DNA of 64,000 bases, taken from NCBI GenBank assembly GCA_965368975.1, contig CBDUPA010000013.1, forward strand, positions 32,001-96,000. Reading direction: 5' to 3'. Below the pieces are notes generated by a model. That model was not told the DNA's origin. It made no database searches and worked only from the letters and a program-made list of their open reading frames with translations. The stretch is from an uncultured bacterium (GTDB lineage: Bacteria; Acidobacteriota; Thermoanaerobaculia; Multivoradales; JAHZIX01). This document shows, one piece after another, positions 16,590 through 26,497 of this stretch. The stretch's first letter is position 1. The number at the start of each line of letters is the position of its first letter. A program made the position numbers and the translations under genes.

Positions 16590-19500
16590 TCAGGCGGTGC
16601 CCTTCTTCTCCTTCTTCTTCTGCTTCTTTTTCCCCTGCCGCTGTCGAGCTAGCAAAGAGACGTACGTCTGTTGCAGCAAGTCGTACATCACCATTTCCTG
16701 CGCGCGTTGGCTCGAACGCATCAGGCGGTTGACGAACATGTGGCCGTAGCTGGGCACGATATCGCGCACCCGCCCGCGCAGTGCGCCTTCTTTCTCGAGC
16801 GCGAACAACTGCTCGATCACGGACTTCGAGCGCTTGGAGCGGGCATGCAGGGCAGCGAAGCCGGGCCAGAGCTCGCTCTCCTGATCCTGTGCTGGATCGA
16901 GGAGCGAGAAGAGATCACGCCGATGCTTGCGCACCAGGTCGGCGAGTTGGGCCTTGACGCCCTTGTTGTCGTTGGCGTCGTACTCACGACCGTACATCGA
17001 GCGCATCTGCGTCGCCAGCTCCAGCTTCTGGTCGAGGCCGAGGCCGAAGTCCTCGAACAGCATGTCGAGGCCGCGAACACCGAGGCGCCAGCGATACTCG
17101 GCGCCTTCGTCGCCATCCAGCATCCGGACAATAGCCAGCACGGCTTCGCTGTCGTACTCGAACAGCTTCTCGCTCGGCTCCATGCCGGCGGGACCGCCGT
17201 AGCGTTCCATCTCGCGCTCATAAGTGTCGAGGCGCAGGCGCCACAGACGGCCGTCGCCGAGCATTGGTGCAACCCCTTGGCGCAGCGCCGGCAAGACCTC
17301 GGCCGCCAGGCGACCGGGATCACCATGGAAGCGCAGCCGTAGATGCAGATCCGGATCCGCGTAACGGATGAAGAACCAGCTGTCGGCGGCACCGGAGCGC
17401 AGCGCTTGTCGAACCACAGGAGCGATGCCGTCCGCCAGGACCTGGTCGGCCGAGGCGGCACCCCCATAGAGCGTGGCGTACAGCCACTCCGAGCCTGGCT
17501 CGAAGCTGCGGGTGACCTGACGCGCTAGCTGCCTGTCCTGGACCTTGCCGGTAGCCGCGCCCTCCTGTGCCTCAGGCTGTGGTGGCCGGCGAGTGAACGG
17601 TAGGTTGATCTCGTGCACGAAGCGACCTTCTGGACTCTCGACGCACAGCGCTGTGTCCTCGGGGCTCGGGAACGGCTCCACCAGGCGCAGCTGCGTGCGA
17701 TCACTCACCAGCTCTACGAAGCTATCGACCAGCAGCGGGTTGGTCAGGTCGAGCAAGAGCTCATTGTCGGCGTCGGCCAGAGATACCCAGCGCGGCAGCC
17801 AGCGCTCACGGCGCCAACGCTCGACCGCCAACAAGCGCTCGGTCTCCTTGACCTTGGTCAGCGCTTCGATCTCGCTGCGCGTCACCTGCCAGCTGGCGCG
17901 CGCCAGGAGCAGATTGCCGCGCCGCACACGTGGCAAGAAGGGCAGGTTGTCGAGCGGGCCCCAGGTCCACATGACGCCCGGTGCCAGGTTCTGTGCCTGC
18001 AGTTCGCACAAGAAACGGTAGACACCAACGCTGCGACCACTGTAATTGTGGGCGCTGGTTAGCCGCGGGATGACTTCCTTGCCGAGGCTACGCGAACGTA
18101 GCAGGATGCGATTGCCGGCAACGGTCACCGTCAAGTCCGAAACCGGTAGTTGACGCTCGGCGTCGGCACCCGAGCGCCCGAGGTAGGGAATCTCATAGGT
18201 GCGCAGCACTGGCCGGCACAGGATGTTGCCGATCCGGCCTTCCGGAAGGTGCACGATCTCGGCGAACACGGCGTCGGGGCGCAAGGCCTCCTCCAGATCC
18301 ACGTGGTCGCGGACACCGGCTTCCAGCTCCGGGTCGCCGTGGCAGAAGCGGCCGAGCAGACGTGCGCCGGACGGGCCATAGGCACCGCGCAAGTGCAGGT
18401 CGAAGTCGCCCTGTGCCACAGCCTCGGACGAGGCGCCGGCGAGCACGATCATCGCCTGGAAGGCGTCGGGTAGCGGCGCCGGGTCCGTCTCGCTCAGGGC
18501 TTCGAGGTCCTTGTCGTCGAGCTCGAGTTCACGCTCCCCCGCCGCGCTCGCCAGCTGCACTCGCCGCAGCAGCCAGCTATCGCGACGGTTCCAGTTGATC
18601 TGGTTCTGCTGTTGCCGCGGTGAGCCGAGCGCCAGCCCCTGGAGCAGCGGCGCGACATCGGCACTGCGCGAGCCACTGAAACCGATGCCGGCCTCTTCGT
18701 CCAGGACGTCGAACAGCGGCATCTCGCGACCGTCACCGTAGCGCTCGGTGAACTTCTCGCGGAAGTCCGCCAAGCCCCCGCGCGAGGGCCGCGGCGTGAT
18801 GCGGTACAGCAGCTCCATGGCTTCGAGGGTCCGTTGCGACACCGCCGCCGGTAGGTGCAGGCTCTCCGCCGGTTTGACCATGTCGACCTGGAACAAGCGT
18901 GACAGTTCGACGTCGGTCGGCAGTGGATCGAGGATCTCGGCGATCGCGCGATAGCGTTGAGGTTCGGAGCCGAGCCCAGCGTTATCGATCGCGTCGATGT
19001 CGTTGCGCACACGGTCGAGCAGCTGTGCCACTGGCTTGCCGGTCTCCAGTTCCGCCAACTGTGGCACCAGAGCGTGGATCGGTTCTGGGCCGGTGACCGG
19101 TGGGCTCAGATCGCTGACCAGCAGCTGACTATCGATCAATTCGTAGACGTAGCCTAGCGCCTCTTCCTGGGTGATCTCACCGTCTGGGTCGAGGGCCACC
19201 AGCACCTGGCTCAACTCGGCGACGTTCGCTCCGTCCGGTCGGGACGCGGCCGCCAGGGCTGCCTGCAGGTACTCGTCCTCATCGACCGCCACCAGGTGGT
19301 GGGCCCGTGCCTTGCCTTGCAGACGTGCCTCGGCGTAGCGCAGCCGTCCGGCCGCGCGATACAGGCTACTCGACGGCCGGAAACGCAGCTCGCCACGCAG
19401 CGCCGGATCCTTGCTCAGCTGTTCCGTAAGAGCGAAGAGGTAGTCCATGTCCAGGCGAGTGTGGCGCTGGTAGTCGGCGAGCGGTCCGAGGTGCAACCCT

Positions 19501-20069
19501 CCAGAGGCCGGCTTCGCGGGAGCGCTTTCTCCCTCGTCGGCCGGCTGCATGTCGCCGGGTTGACCCGCTACCGGCTGGTCTTCTACGGGCTGAGTTTCTA
19601 CAGGACCGACTGAACAACCGGAGAACAGACCGAACGGCGTCGCACGGCTGGTCATGCGCAAGAAATAGCGCACCAGAGCGGCGATCGCGCGGTCGCTGGT
19701 CGCGGCTTCTCCACCCTCGACCCAGGAGGTCAGCTCTGCTTCGAGCGACGGCGAGGCGACGAAGACGGCCTCGCGCAACTCAGGGCGGCGGAACAGGTTT
19801 CGCAGCCGTTCACGCAGCAGCTTGCTGTCCGCATCGGCGGCCTCGGTCAAGTGTGCGCGCCGAGTCTCGTCGGCCCCTACGGTCTCGAGCCCAGCCGCAT
19901 CGAGCCCGGCCAGCATCTCTGGGACTTGCAGCGCATCCTGCCAGCGCAGCAATTCGTCGAAGGCCAGCAGGGGTGTGCGCAGGACGAAGAACGAGGCGGC
20001 CGCCAGCTCGGGCAGGCCGGGTACTTCCGGCAGGCCTTGGCCCGACGTGTTCCGATCAGATCGCGACAT
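16590..20069 (-). CDS. lanB: Full-length lantibiotic dehydratase LanB (glutamylation plus elimination domains)
   Basis: VLRTPLL, YFLRMTSRATPFGLF, GRFC, NILCRP, PRLTSAHN, LPFLPRV, WLYATLY, FFIRYADP.HLRLRF, YEREMERYGG, HMFVNR; 1159 aa. Confidence 0.96.
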   Translation of the reverse strand: MSRSDRNTSGQGLPEVPGLPELAAASFFVLRTPLLAFDELLRWQDALQVPEMLAGLDAAGLETVGADETRRAHLTEAADADSKLLRERLRNLFRRPELREAVFVASPSLEAELTSWVEGGEAATSDRAIAALVRYFLRMTSRATPFGLFSGCSVGPVETQPVEDQPVAGQPGDMQPADEGESAPAKPASGGLHLGPLADYQRHTRLDMDYLFALTEQLSKDPALRGELRFRPSSSLYRAAGRLRYAEARLQGKARAHHLVAVDEDEYLQAALAAASRPDGANVAELSQVLVALDPDGEITQEEALGYVYELIDSQLLVSDLSPPVTGPEPIHALVPQLAELETGKPVAQLLDRVRNDIDAIDNAGLGSEPQRYRAIAEILDPLPTDVELSRLFQVDMVKPAESLHLPAAVSQRTLEAMELLYRITPRPSRGGLADFREKFTERYGDGREMPLFDVLDEEAGIGFSGSRSADVAPLLQGLALGSPRQQQNQINWNRRDSWLLRRVQLASAAGERELELDDKDLEALSETDPAPLPDAFQAMIVLAGASSEAVAQGDFDLHLRGAYGPSGARLLGRFCHGDPELEAGVRDHVDLEEALRPDAVFAEIVHLPEGRIGNILCRPVLRTYEIPYLGRSGADAERQLPVSDLTVTVAGNRILLRSRSLGKEVIPRLTSAHNYSGRSVGVYRFLCELQAQNLAPGVMWTWGPLDNLPFLPRVRRGNLLLARASWQVTRSEIEALTKVKETERLLAVERWRRERWLPRWVSLADADNELLLDLTNPLLVDSFVELVSDRTQLRLVEPFPSPEDTALCVESPEGRFVHEINLPFTRRPPQPEAQEGAATGKVQDRQLARQVTRSFEPGSEWLYATLYGGAASADQVLADGIAPVVRQALRSGAADSWFFIRYADPDLHLRLRFHGDPGRLAAEVLPALRQGVAPMLGDGRLWRLRLDTYEREMERYGGPAGMEPSEKLFEYDSEAVLAIVRMLDGDEGAEYRWRLGVRGLDMLFEDFGLGLDQKLELATQMRSMYGREYDANDNKGVKAQLADLVRKHRRDLFSLLDPAQDQESELWPGFAALHARSKRSKSVIEQLFALEKEGALRGRVRDIVPSYGHMFVNRLMRSSQRAQEMVMYDLLQQTYVSLLARQRQGKKKQKKKEKKGTA

Positions 20070-20195
20070 AGTGAGTCCTCCAGGGGCGGAAAGCTACCAT
20101 ACGCATCCTCTCGATTTCAGGCTTGCGGGCACGCGCCGGGTGCCCCTACCTGCTGGCGGCGCTATACTGGAGCTGCCACCAAAAGGAGGTGTGCG

Positions 20196-20396
20196 ATGGT
20201 CAAGATGATCCATGGCAAAGACCCGCTGAGCGGCGCCGAGATCGACGTCGAAAGGTCCGAAGACGATGTCGTCGAGATCGAGGGCCGGACCCGCGAGTTC
20301 AAGCAGTCCTACCAGGCGCACTTTGGTCATGCACCGGGAGAACGGGAGCTTGAACGTTGGTACGAAGAAGGGATGCCGGAGTTCGTCCAGGACTGA
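20196..20396 (+). CDS. Small acidic hypothetical protein (66 aa)
   Basis: Strong AAGGAGGT RBS, TATACT -10 candidate upstream, GC3-biased codons. Confidence 0.65.
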   Translation: MVKMIHGKDPLSGAEIDVERSEDDVVEIEGRTREFKQSYQAHFGHAPGERELERWYEEGMPEFVQD

Positions 20397-20417
20397 TCTC
20401 GGCGCTGGCGTCACCTG

Positions 20418-22337
20418 CTAGGGAGCCGGGCCGAAGCCGGCTTCGAGTTGGAAGCGATAGCCATCGCTCGGCTTCGGAGCGTCTTCGGGCATTGCCAGGT
20501 CGAGCTGGTACAAGTAGACGCCATCGGCCAGCCGGTCACCCTGCAGCCACCACATGCGGTGACGAGCGCGGGGCTCCTGCAGATAGATCTGGAAGCCAGT
20601 ACCGCCGGTAGCCAGGAAGACCGTGTCGCCGAGGATGCCGCCGTCGACATTGAGGCGGGCACTGCCCGGTGGTTCGAAACGGAGATAGAGGCTTTCCAGC
20701 GGTTGCGAGCTGCCAATCAGCAGCCCTCCACGCTTGCCGGTCGCCAGACGTAGGCGCTGGGCTTGCGCTCCGCCATCGCTGGCATGCAGATCGTCGGCGC
20801 TCAAGCTGGTGTCCAGCAGCTTGATCCACAGACCGTTGTGCAGGAAGTCCTCCTGGCCAGACGGCTTGAGGTGACTCTGCGTCGTTTCATAGGGCAGCCA
20901 CGCACGTGCCTGGGCTGCAACGTACGCGTAGCCGCCGCTGGCGTCACGCAAGAAGGCGCGCGGATGCAGCCAGGTGGGATAGAGAAACGGGGCGCCTAGC
21001 AGCACGGCGGTAACGGCCAGACCCACCAAGGTGCGCGGGCTCCTCTGCTGCCGCGACCCTCCCCCGCCCACCTGGGTCACGAGGAACCAGAAGGCCGGGT
21101 ACAGCGGTAGGAAGTAGCGGTTCGCCAGAGCACCGCCGCCGCCGTAGAAGTTGAAGGGGCGCACCAGCAGGAAGCACGTGACGGCCAGGGCGACCGCCAA
21201 CAGCAGCGCCCAGCGTCCGCGCCGTGGGCGGAAGGCGAGCAGGCCGAGCAGCAGCGGCAGAAAATAGGGAATGACTCCCACGTGGCGGCCGACAAGGTAG
21301 TAGACGAGGTTCCAGCGCAGCTGCGCCGCCTCGACGTCCGGCATCAAGCTAGCCGCCCGCGTCCACGAACCACCGCGTTCCTCGACTCCGCGTCGCCACG
21401 CCCCTTCCGGGTAATCGACCTCGGGAAAGCCGGTGTAGCCGTAGAAGCCTTGCCGTTCGCCGCCGTAGCTGGTCCACGTACCGCGCACCAGGAAGTTGAC
21501 GCCGATGCTGAGCACGATCACGACGGCTGCGCCAGCGACCAACGCCAAGCGTCCTTGCCGGCGGCTACTCTGGATGCGCTCCGCACCGGTATCGGCTTCC
21601 CGCAGGGCCTGCAGACCACGGGGCACCGCGAGGAAAGCGGGCAGGAAGAGCGCAGCGTAGAAGGGGCGCGAGACGGCGACAATCGCCAACAACGCTCCGA
21701 CGGTCACCCAGCGGAGAAGGAACGGCCGCCCGCCTTCTTCGCCCGGGGGCCGATAGACGTCGGGCAGCTCGTCATGGGCCCACACGGCATCGGCGCGCCC
21801 ACGGTAGGCCAGCGCCAGAGCGATAGCGCTACAGCTCATCAGAAAGAGGTCAGCGTGGACCCAGAAGACGTGGGCGAAGGTCACCGAGCCGAAGACGAAG
21901 ACGGTGACCCACAGCGGCGCTGCCAGCGAGCCCAGGCGAGGCACGAGCGTGCGTGCCGCCAGGAACGACGCGAGTGTCAGCAGAAGTACATTGGCGATCA
22001 AAGGCCCACGGACCGGCGCCAGGCGTACAAAGGGAGCCAGGTACGCCGAATAGAAGACCGGCTTGCCGTAGACGAAGGATTGCCCACCGTCCGGACTCTG
22101 CAAGATCAAGCCGTCGGGACGCCGCTGCCAGGTGTCGAGGAAGCGGTCGTAGTCAGCGCGTGAGTAGGTGATGTCGAGGTCGTAGGCGAGGCTTCCCGCT
22201 TGCATCAAATAGGCGGCTTCGTCGCCCACCAGCTGCGGCCACTGGCGGCGGTCGAAAGTCAGGGCACCGAGCAACAAAGCCAGCAACAGACTGCCGAGGA
22301 GCCCCCAGCCGACGAATGCGCTCAAACGTGCTTTCAT
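20418..22337 (-). CDS. Polytopic membrane protein, probable GT-C-fold glycosyltransferase
   Basis: First TM followed by GDEAAY acidic motif, many TMs, late GGG..NRYF motif, soluble C-terminal domain. Confidence 0.55.
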   Translation of the reverse strand: MKARLSAFVGWGLLGSLLLALLLGALTFDRRQWPQLVGDEAAYLMQAGSLAYDLDITYSRADYDRFLDTWQRRPDGLILQSPDGGQSFVYGKPVFYSAYLAPFVRLAPVRGPLIANVLLLTLASFLAARTLVPRLGSLAAPLWVTVFVFGSVTFAHVFWVHADLFLMSCSAIALALAYRGRADAVWAHDELPDVYRPPGEEGGRPFLLRWVTVGALLAIVAVSRPFYAALFLPAFLAVPRGLQALREADTGAERIQSSRRQGRLALVAGAAVVIVLSIGVNFLVRGTWTSYGGERQGFYGYTGFPEVDYPEGAWRRGVEERGGSWTRAASLMPDVEAAQLRWNLVYYLVGRHVGVIPYFLPLLLGLLAFRPRRGRWALLLAVALAVTCFLLVRPFNFYGGGGALANRYFLPLYPAFWFLVTQVGGGGSRQQRSPRTLVGLAVTAVLLGAPFLYPTWLHPRAFLRDASGGYAYVAAQARAWLPYETTQSHLKPSGQEDFLHNGLWIKLLDTSLSADDLHASDGGAQAQRLRLATGKRGGLLIGSSQPLESLYLRFEPPGSARLNVDGGILGDTVFLATGGTGFQIYLQEPRARHRMWWLQGDRLADGVYLYQLDLAMPEDAPKPSDGYRFQLEAGFGPAP

Positions 22338-22346
22338 GGCCGCAGT

Positions 22347-23036
22347 CTACTCCGCTCCGGCCTGCATTGGGGTGGCTGCTGCTTTCCTCTGGACGGCCTC
22401 GTACATGGCCTCGACCACCGCCTCGGCTTCCAGTCCGCTGGTATCGAGCACGGTGTACGAGGCGTCGTGGGTCAGCGGTGACTCTTCACGGTTGGCGTCG
22501 CGTTCGTCACGAAGCACGATCTCCGCTTCGAGAGCTTCGCGGTCAACGCTCTCACCGCGTTCCTCCAGCTGGCGAGCTCGCCGCTCGGCGCGCACACCTG
22601 GGTGCGCGGTGAGGAAGAACTTGTGCGGCGTCTCGGGCACGACGCGCGTGCCGATGTCGCGACCTTCGAGCACACCGCCGAGGCGGTGGGCCGACTCCTG
22701 CTGCAACTGCACCAGGTAGCGCCGCACTGCCGGCTGGACCGCCACGCGCGAGGCGGCTTGCCCGGCTGCTTCCGTGCGGATGTGTGCCTCGACGTCCTCG
22801 CCATCAAGCAGCACGTGCACGGTGCCACCCTCCGCGGCGAGACGCAAATCCAGCCCCTCGACCAGCGCGGTGATGGCGTCGCGGTCCTCCAGGTCGATAC
22901 CGCGTCGCAAGGCCTGCAAGCCGACCGCCCGGTACATGGCACCAGTATCGAGATAGGGAATCCCGAGGCGTGCGGCGAGCGTACGGGCAGCGGTGCTCTT
23001 ACCGACGCCGGCCGGCCCGTCGATGGCGATGATCAC
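22347..23036 (-). CDS. cmk: Cytidylate kinase
   Basis: IAIDGPAGVGKST, YLDTGAMYR, EGRDIGT.V.P, RDERD..R..SPL. Confidence 0.97.
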   Translation of the reverse strand: MIIAIDGPAGVGKSTAARTLAARLGIPYLDTGAMYRAVGLQALRRGIDLEDRDAITALVEGLDLRLAAEGGTVHVLLDGEDVEAHIRTEAAGQAASRVAVQPAVRRYLVQLQQESAHRLGGVLEGRDIGTRVVPETPHKFFLTAHPGVRAERRARQLEERGESVDREALEAEIVLRDERDANREESPLTHDASYTVLDTSGLEAEAVVEAMYEAVQRKAAATPMQAGAE

Positions 23037-24229
23037 CGACCTCTACCTCCGCGCCCTGAACCTCCCCCTGGCCTCGAGCGGCCAGTACCCGAGCGGCCAG
23101 TACCCGGGCGGCCAGTACCCGAGCGGCCCTTCCCTGGACCTCCTGACTTCGGGCCTCGCGAACCCGGCACCGCCTTCTTGGGGCTACGCGGCGAGGAGCC
23201 CTTACCAGAGGGGCCCTTGCCGACGCCCACCTTGCCGGGGCCGCGGCTCTTGCCAGGACCGGGACTCTTGCCTGTACTGCGGCCCTTGGCTGGACTTTCC
23301 GCCGAGCGACTCGTCGGCCGCTTGGTCCGACCTCTGCCCCGCCCAGCACCCCGCGCGTCACCGTCGGCCGCCGGCTTGCGACGTGGGAAGCGTGGCTTGC
23401 GGATCTTGGTCCCAGCGGCTTTGGACGCTTCCTTGGCCTTGGCCTTGGCGTCGAGCCGGAACTCGACGTCGCCGCGGGCTACCGTCTTGCTAGTGCTCTG
23501 CATCAGCGCCCGCACTTCGCCTTCGGTCAGTTCACGCAGCTGGCCCATAGGCAACGAGATGTCGCTGATGGGACCGATTGCCACGCGGCGCAGCTTCTGG
23601 GCGGAATGACCGATGCGGAAGAACATTTCGCGGATCTGGCGGTTGCGCCCCTGGGCCAGCTCGACCCGCCACCAGGTGTTGTCACCACCGTCTCCCGGTG
23701 GACTCGGCATGGCCTCGATGCGGCAAGTGCCGATCGGTTTGTCATCGATTTTGAGGCGTCCTTGGCGCAGGCGGTCGAGAGCGGCTTCGTTCGGCCTGCC
23801 ATGCACCTTGACCTCGTACAGCTTGGTGCAACCGTAGCGCGGATGGGCCAGGCGGTGCGCGAAGTCACCATCGGTGGTCAGCAGCAGCAGGCCGGAAGTC
23901 TGGAAATCGAGACGACCGACCGGCACCAGCCCCTTGCGCAGGCCCGGCGGTACCAGGTCCAGGACAGTCGTGCGATCGCCTTCGCTGTCGATCAACGCGG
24001 TCAGCACGCCGCGTGGCTTGTGCATGAGCAGGTAGCGGTGCGGCACCGCCTGCAGGTCCAGACGCTTGCCATCCAGCTTGACGGCATCGCGTGCGGGATC
24101 AGCCTTGTCGCCGAGTCCGGCAACCTGTCCATTGACGGTCACTCGGCCGGCGGCGATCAACTCCTCGGCGTGTCGGCGCGAACCGTGGCCGGCACGAGCG
24201 AGCAGTTTTTGAATACGTTCTTCGCTCAT
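23033..24229 (-). CDS. rluB: 23S rRNA pseudouridine synthase (RluB/RsuA family) with long basic Gly/Lys/Arg tail
   Basis: S4 domain ERIQKLLARAG.GSRR; PVGRLD...GLLLLTTDG; GRNRQIR; follows scpAB. Confidence 0.92.
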   Translation of the reverse strand: MSEERIQKLLARAGHGSRRHAEELIAAGRVTVNGQVAGLGDKADPARDAVKLDGKRLDLQAVPHRYLLMHKPRGVLTALIDSEGDRTTVLDLVPPGLRKGLVPVGRLDFQTSGLLLLTTDGDFAHRLAHPRYGCTKLYEVKVHGRPNEAALDRLRQGRLKIDDKPIGTCRIEAMPSPPGDGGDNTWWRVELAQGRNRQIREMFFRIGHSAQKLRRVAIGPISDISLPMGQLRELTEGEVRALMQSTSKTVARGDVEFRLDAKAKAKEASKAAGTKIRKPRFPRRKPAADGDARGAGRGRGRTKRPTSRSAESPAKGRSTGKSPGPGKSRGPGKVGVGKGPSGKGSSPRSPKKAVPGSRGPKSGGPGKGRSGTGRPGTGRSGTGRSRPGGGSGRGGRGR

Positions 24230-25092
24230 CAGTCTTCCGTTTCTTCACCGTCCGCGTCGTCCGCGGCCGGTTCGTCGGTGTCGGGATCATTCTCGACACC
24301 TTCCTCTGCAGAACGTTCCTCTGAAGAACCGTCTCCTGCAGCGTCCTCAGCCTCTTCGGCAGTGTCGGCAGGCGCTTCGTCGAGATCGATTTCGTCGGCC
24401 TCCTGCTCCGCCTCCGCGGCCTGCACCGCCAGCTCGTCTTCCACTTCGGCTTCCTTCGCCTGGTGCTCGGCCTCTGCCTCTTCGATCTCTTCGGCGCTGC
24501 GCAGCAGCAGTTCCTCTTCGTCCGAACCGGGCAGCAGATCGTCCCCCATCTCGGCGGCCAACGCCTCCTCGAATTCTTCGAGCGGCGGCAGGTCCTTCAA
24601 GCTGGGCAGGCCGAAGTGAACCAGGAACTCGCGTGTCGTGCAATACAGGAAAGGCTTGCCGACGACTTCCTTGCGGCCGGCGATGCGGATCAGCCGCCGC
24701 TCGAGCAGCGTCTTGAGCACACCGGAAGGGTTGACACCGCGCAGTTCCTGGATCTCGGGACCGGTGACCGGCTGCCGGTAGGCGACGATGGCGAGGGTCT
24801 CGAGGGCGCCCATCGACAGCCGGCGGTGACCTCCGGACTCGAAGAAGCGGCGCAGCCAGTCGTGAACCTCCGGCCGGGTCACCAAGCGTACGCCACCTGC
24901 CGCCTCGTCGAGCATGACACCTCGGCCGTCACCACCGCCGCGATAGCGTTCGAGCACGGCGTCGAGCGCGGCCTCGGCCTGCTCCTTGTCGCCATCGTCG
25001 AACATGTCGGTCAGACGCTGGCGAGACACCGGCTCAGCCGATACGAAGAGCACGGCTTCGATCGCCGCTTGCATGTCGTGGACTTCGGTCAT
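24229..25092 (-). CDS. scpB: SMC-Scp complex subunit ScpB with acidic tail
   Basis: IEAVLF, LETLAIVAYRQPVT..EI..LRGV, GKPFLY.TT..FL.HFGL.SL.DLP. Confidence 0.96.
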   Translation of the reverse strand: MTEVHDMQAAIEAVLFVSAEPVSRQRLTDMFDDGDKEQAEAALDAVLERYRGGGDGRGVMLDEAAGGVRLVTRPEVHDWLRRFFESGGHRRLSMGALETLAIVAYRQPVTGPEIQELRGVNPSGVLKTLLERRLIRIAGRKEVVGKPFLYCTTREFLVHFGLPSLKDLPPLEEFEEALAAEMGDDLLPGSDEEELLLRSAEEIEEAEAEHQAKEAEVEDELAVQAAEAEQEADEIDLDEAPADTAEEAEDAAGDGSSEERSAEEGVENDPDTDEPAADDADGEETED

Positions 25093-25982
25093 CCCTGAAT
25101 GCTCTCCAGATGTTCACTCTCCAACTCCCGCGTCGTGCGATACAGGAGCACCTCACCGTCGTCAGTCTGGTGGACCCGGATCAGGCTCAGGCGGGCCAGC
25201 TCGAGAATCGCCAAGAACGAGGCGATCGCTTCGGCGCGGCACGAGCACAGGCGTAGATCGTCGAGGACGTCGAAGGGCTTTTCCGGCCGCAGCTTGCCGA
25301 GGAGGCGATGAAACTGATCCTTGACCGAGAAGGTCTCGCCGCGCAGGTGGATCGGCGGCGGATTCTCGCGATGGAAGCGGTCCATCGCGGTCTTGAAGGC
25401 CGACAGCAAGTCGAACAGGGACAGCTCCCCCAGGTCGACGCTTTCGTCACTCTCGTCCACCAACTTGGGGGGCGGAGCCTGGCGTGTCCACAACCCGCGC
25501 CGTAGCAGCGACACTTCCGCTAGCGACTGGGCGGCCTCTTTGAGCCGGCGGTACTCGAGCAGGCGCTGCACAAGCTCCTCGCGCGGATCCTCTTCGGCCT
25601 CGCCGTCCTCGTTCTTCATCAGCGGCAGCAGCAGTTTTGACTTCAGGCGCACCAGCATGGCGGCTTCGTAGATGAACTCGCCCGCGATATCGAGATTGAG
25701 GTCCTCCATCAGCTGCAGGTACTGGTGGAATTGGTCACAGATCTGTAGCACCGGGATGTCGTAGATGTCGACCTTGTTGACCTTGATCAGGTGCAGCAAG
25801 AGGTCGAGTGGACCTTCGAAGATCGGCAGATGCACCTTCCAGGCATCGGGCAGACCGCTGCCGGCAGCATCCACTTCCTGCTGGACAGCTTCGAACTGAG
25901 CCGCCGCGAGCTGATCTACGGGTAGCTCGACGGCGGACGCATCCTCGGAGGTCTCTTCTGGAGGACGATCTTGCGGCGTCAT
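25089..25982 (-). CDS. scpA: Segregation and condensation protein ScpA
   Basis: FEGPLDLLLHLI...DIYDIP, LKSKLLLP, DPREELV.RLLEY, FLAILEL. Confidence 0.96.
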   Translation of the reverse strand: MTPQDRPPEETSEDASAVELPVDQLAAAQFEAVQQEVDAAGSGLPDAWKVHLPIFEGPLDLLLHLIKVNKVDIYDIPVLQICDQFHQYLQLMEDLNLDIAGEFIYEAAMLVRLKSKLLLPLMKNEDGEAEEDPREELVQRLLEYRRLKEAAQSLAEVSLLRRGLWTRQAPPPKLVDESDESVDLGELSLFDLLSAFKTAMDRFHRENPPPIHLRGETFSVKDQFHRLLGKLRPEKPFDVLDDLRLCSCRAEAIASFLAILELARLSLIRVHQTDDGEVLLYRTTRELESEHLESIQG

Positions 25983-26497
25983 GCCTCGACTCCAGGCGCG
26001 GAGTTCATCGTCGCCGCGCCGTCACGGATCTGGACCAGCAAGCGGTCGTTGTCGCGCAGCACTTCGGCGGTACGCACGACCGCCAGCACGTGACAGACCA
26101 TTCCGAGCAACCACAGCAACCCGTGCAGCCTTGGCGGCATCAGGCCGGTGAGCACTTCCGTGCCGGAGAGAAACAGAGCCGCATTGAAGACCACTGCCGT
26201 GGTCAACCAGGGCAAGACGCGTCGACGGTGCTGGGCATGTCGTGCGCCCGCCTCCTGCTGCAGGCTGGCCGCCGCGGCTTCACGCAGCAGCCCGGAGCGC
26301 AGGCAGATCAGGTAGAGGCCGACCCACACGTGGCTGAGCAACAGCAACAGCAGACCGACCAGGCCGATCGCCAGATGCCGGCTCACGGCCTGCCGGTTGG
26401 TGTAGTCGAGAAAGACTCCGGTCACGCCGACATACGCCAAGACCAGCGCCGCCACGACCCCGGCGGTCAGGATAGCCCTACGGATCATCTTGTTCAT
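25979..26497 (-). CDS. Hypothetical 4-TM membrane protein
   Basis: Four hydrophobic segments with His residues; ATGA-coupled on both sides. Confidence 0.65.
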   Translation of the reverse strand: MNKMIRRAILTAGVVAALVLAYVGVTGVFLDYTNRQAVSRHLAIGLVGLLLLLLSHVWVGLYLICLRSGLLREAAAASLQQEAGARHAQHRRRVLPWLTTAVVFNAALFLSGTEVLTGLMPPRLHGLLWLLGMVCHVLAVVRTAEVLRDNDRLLVQIRDGAATMNSAPGVEA

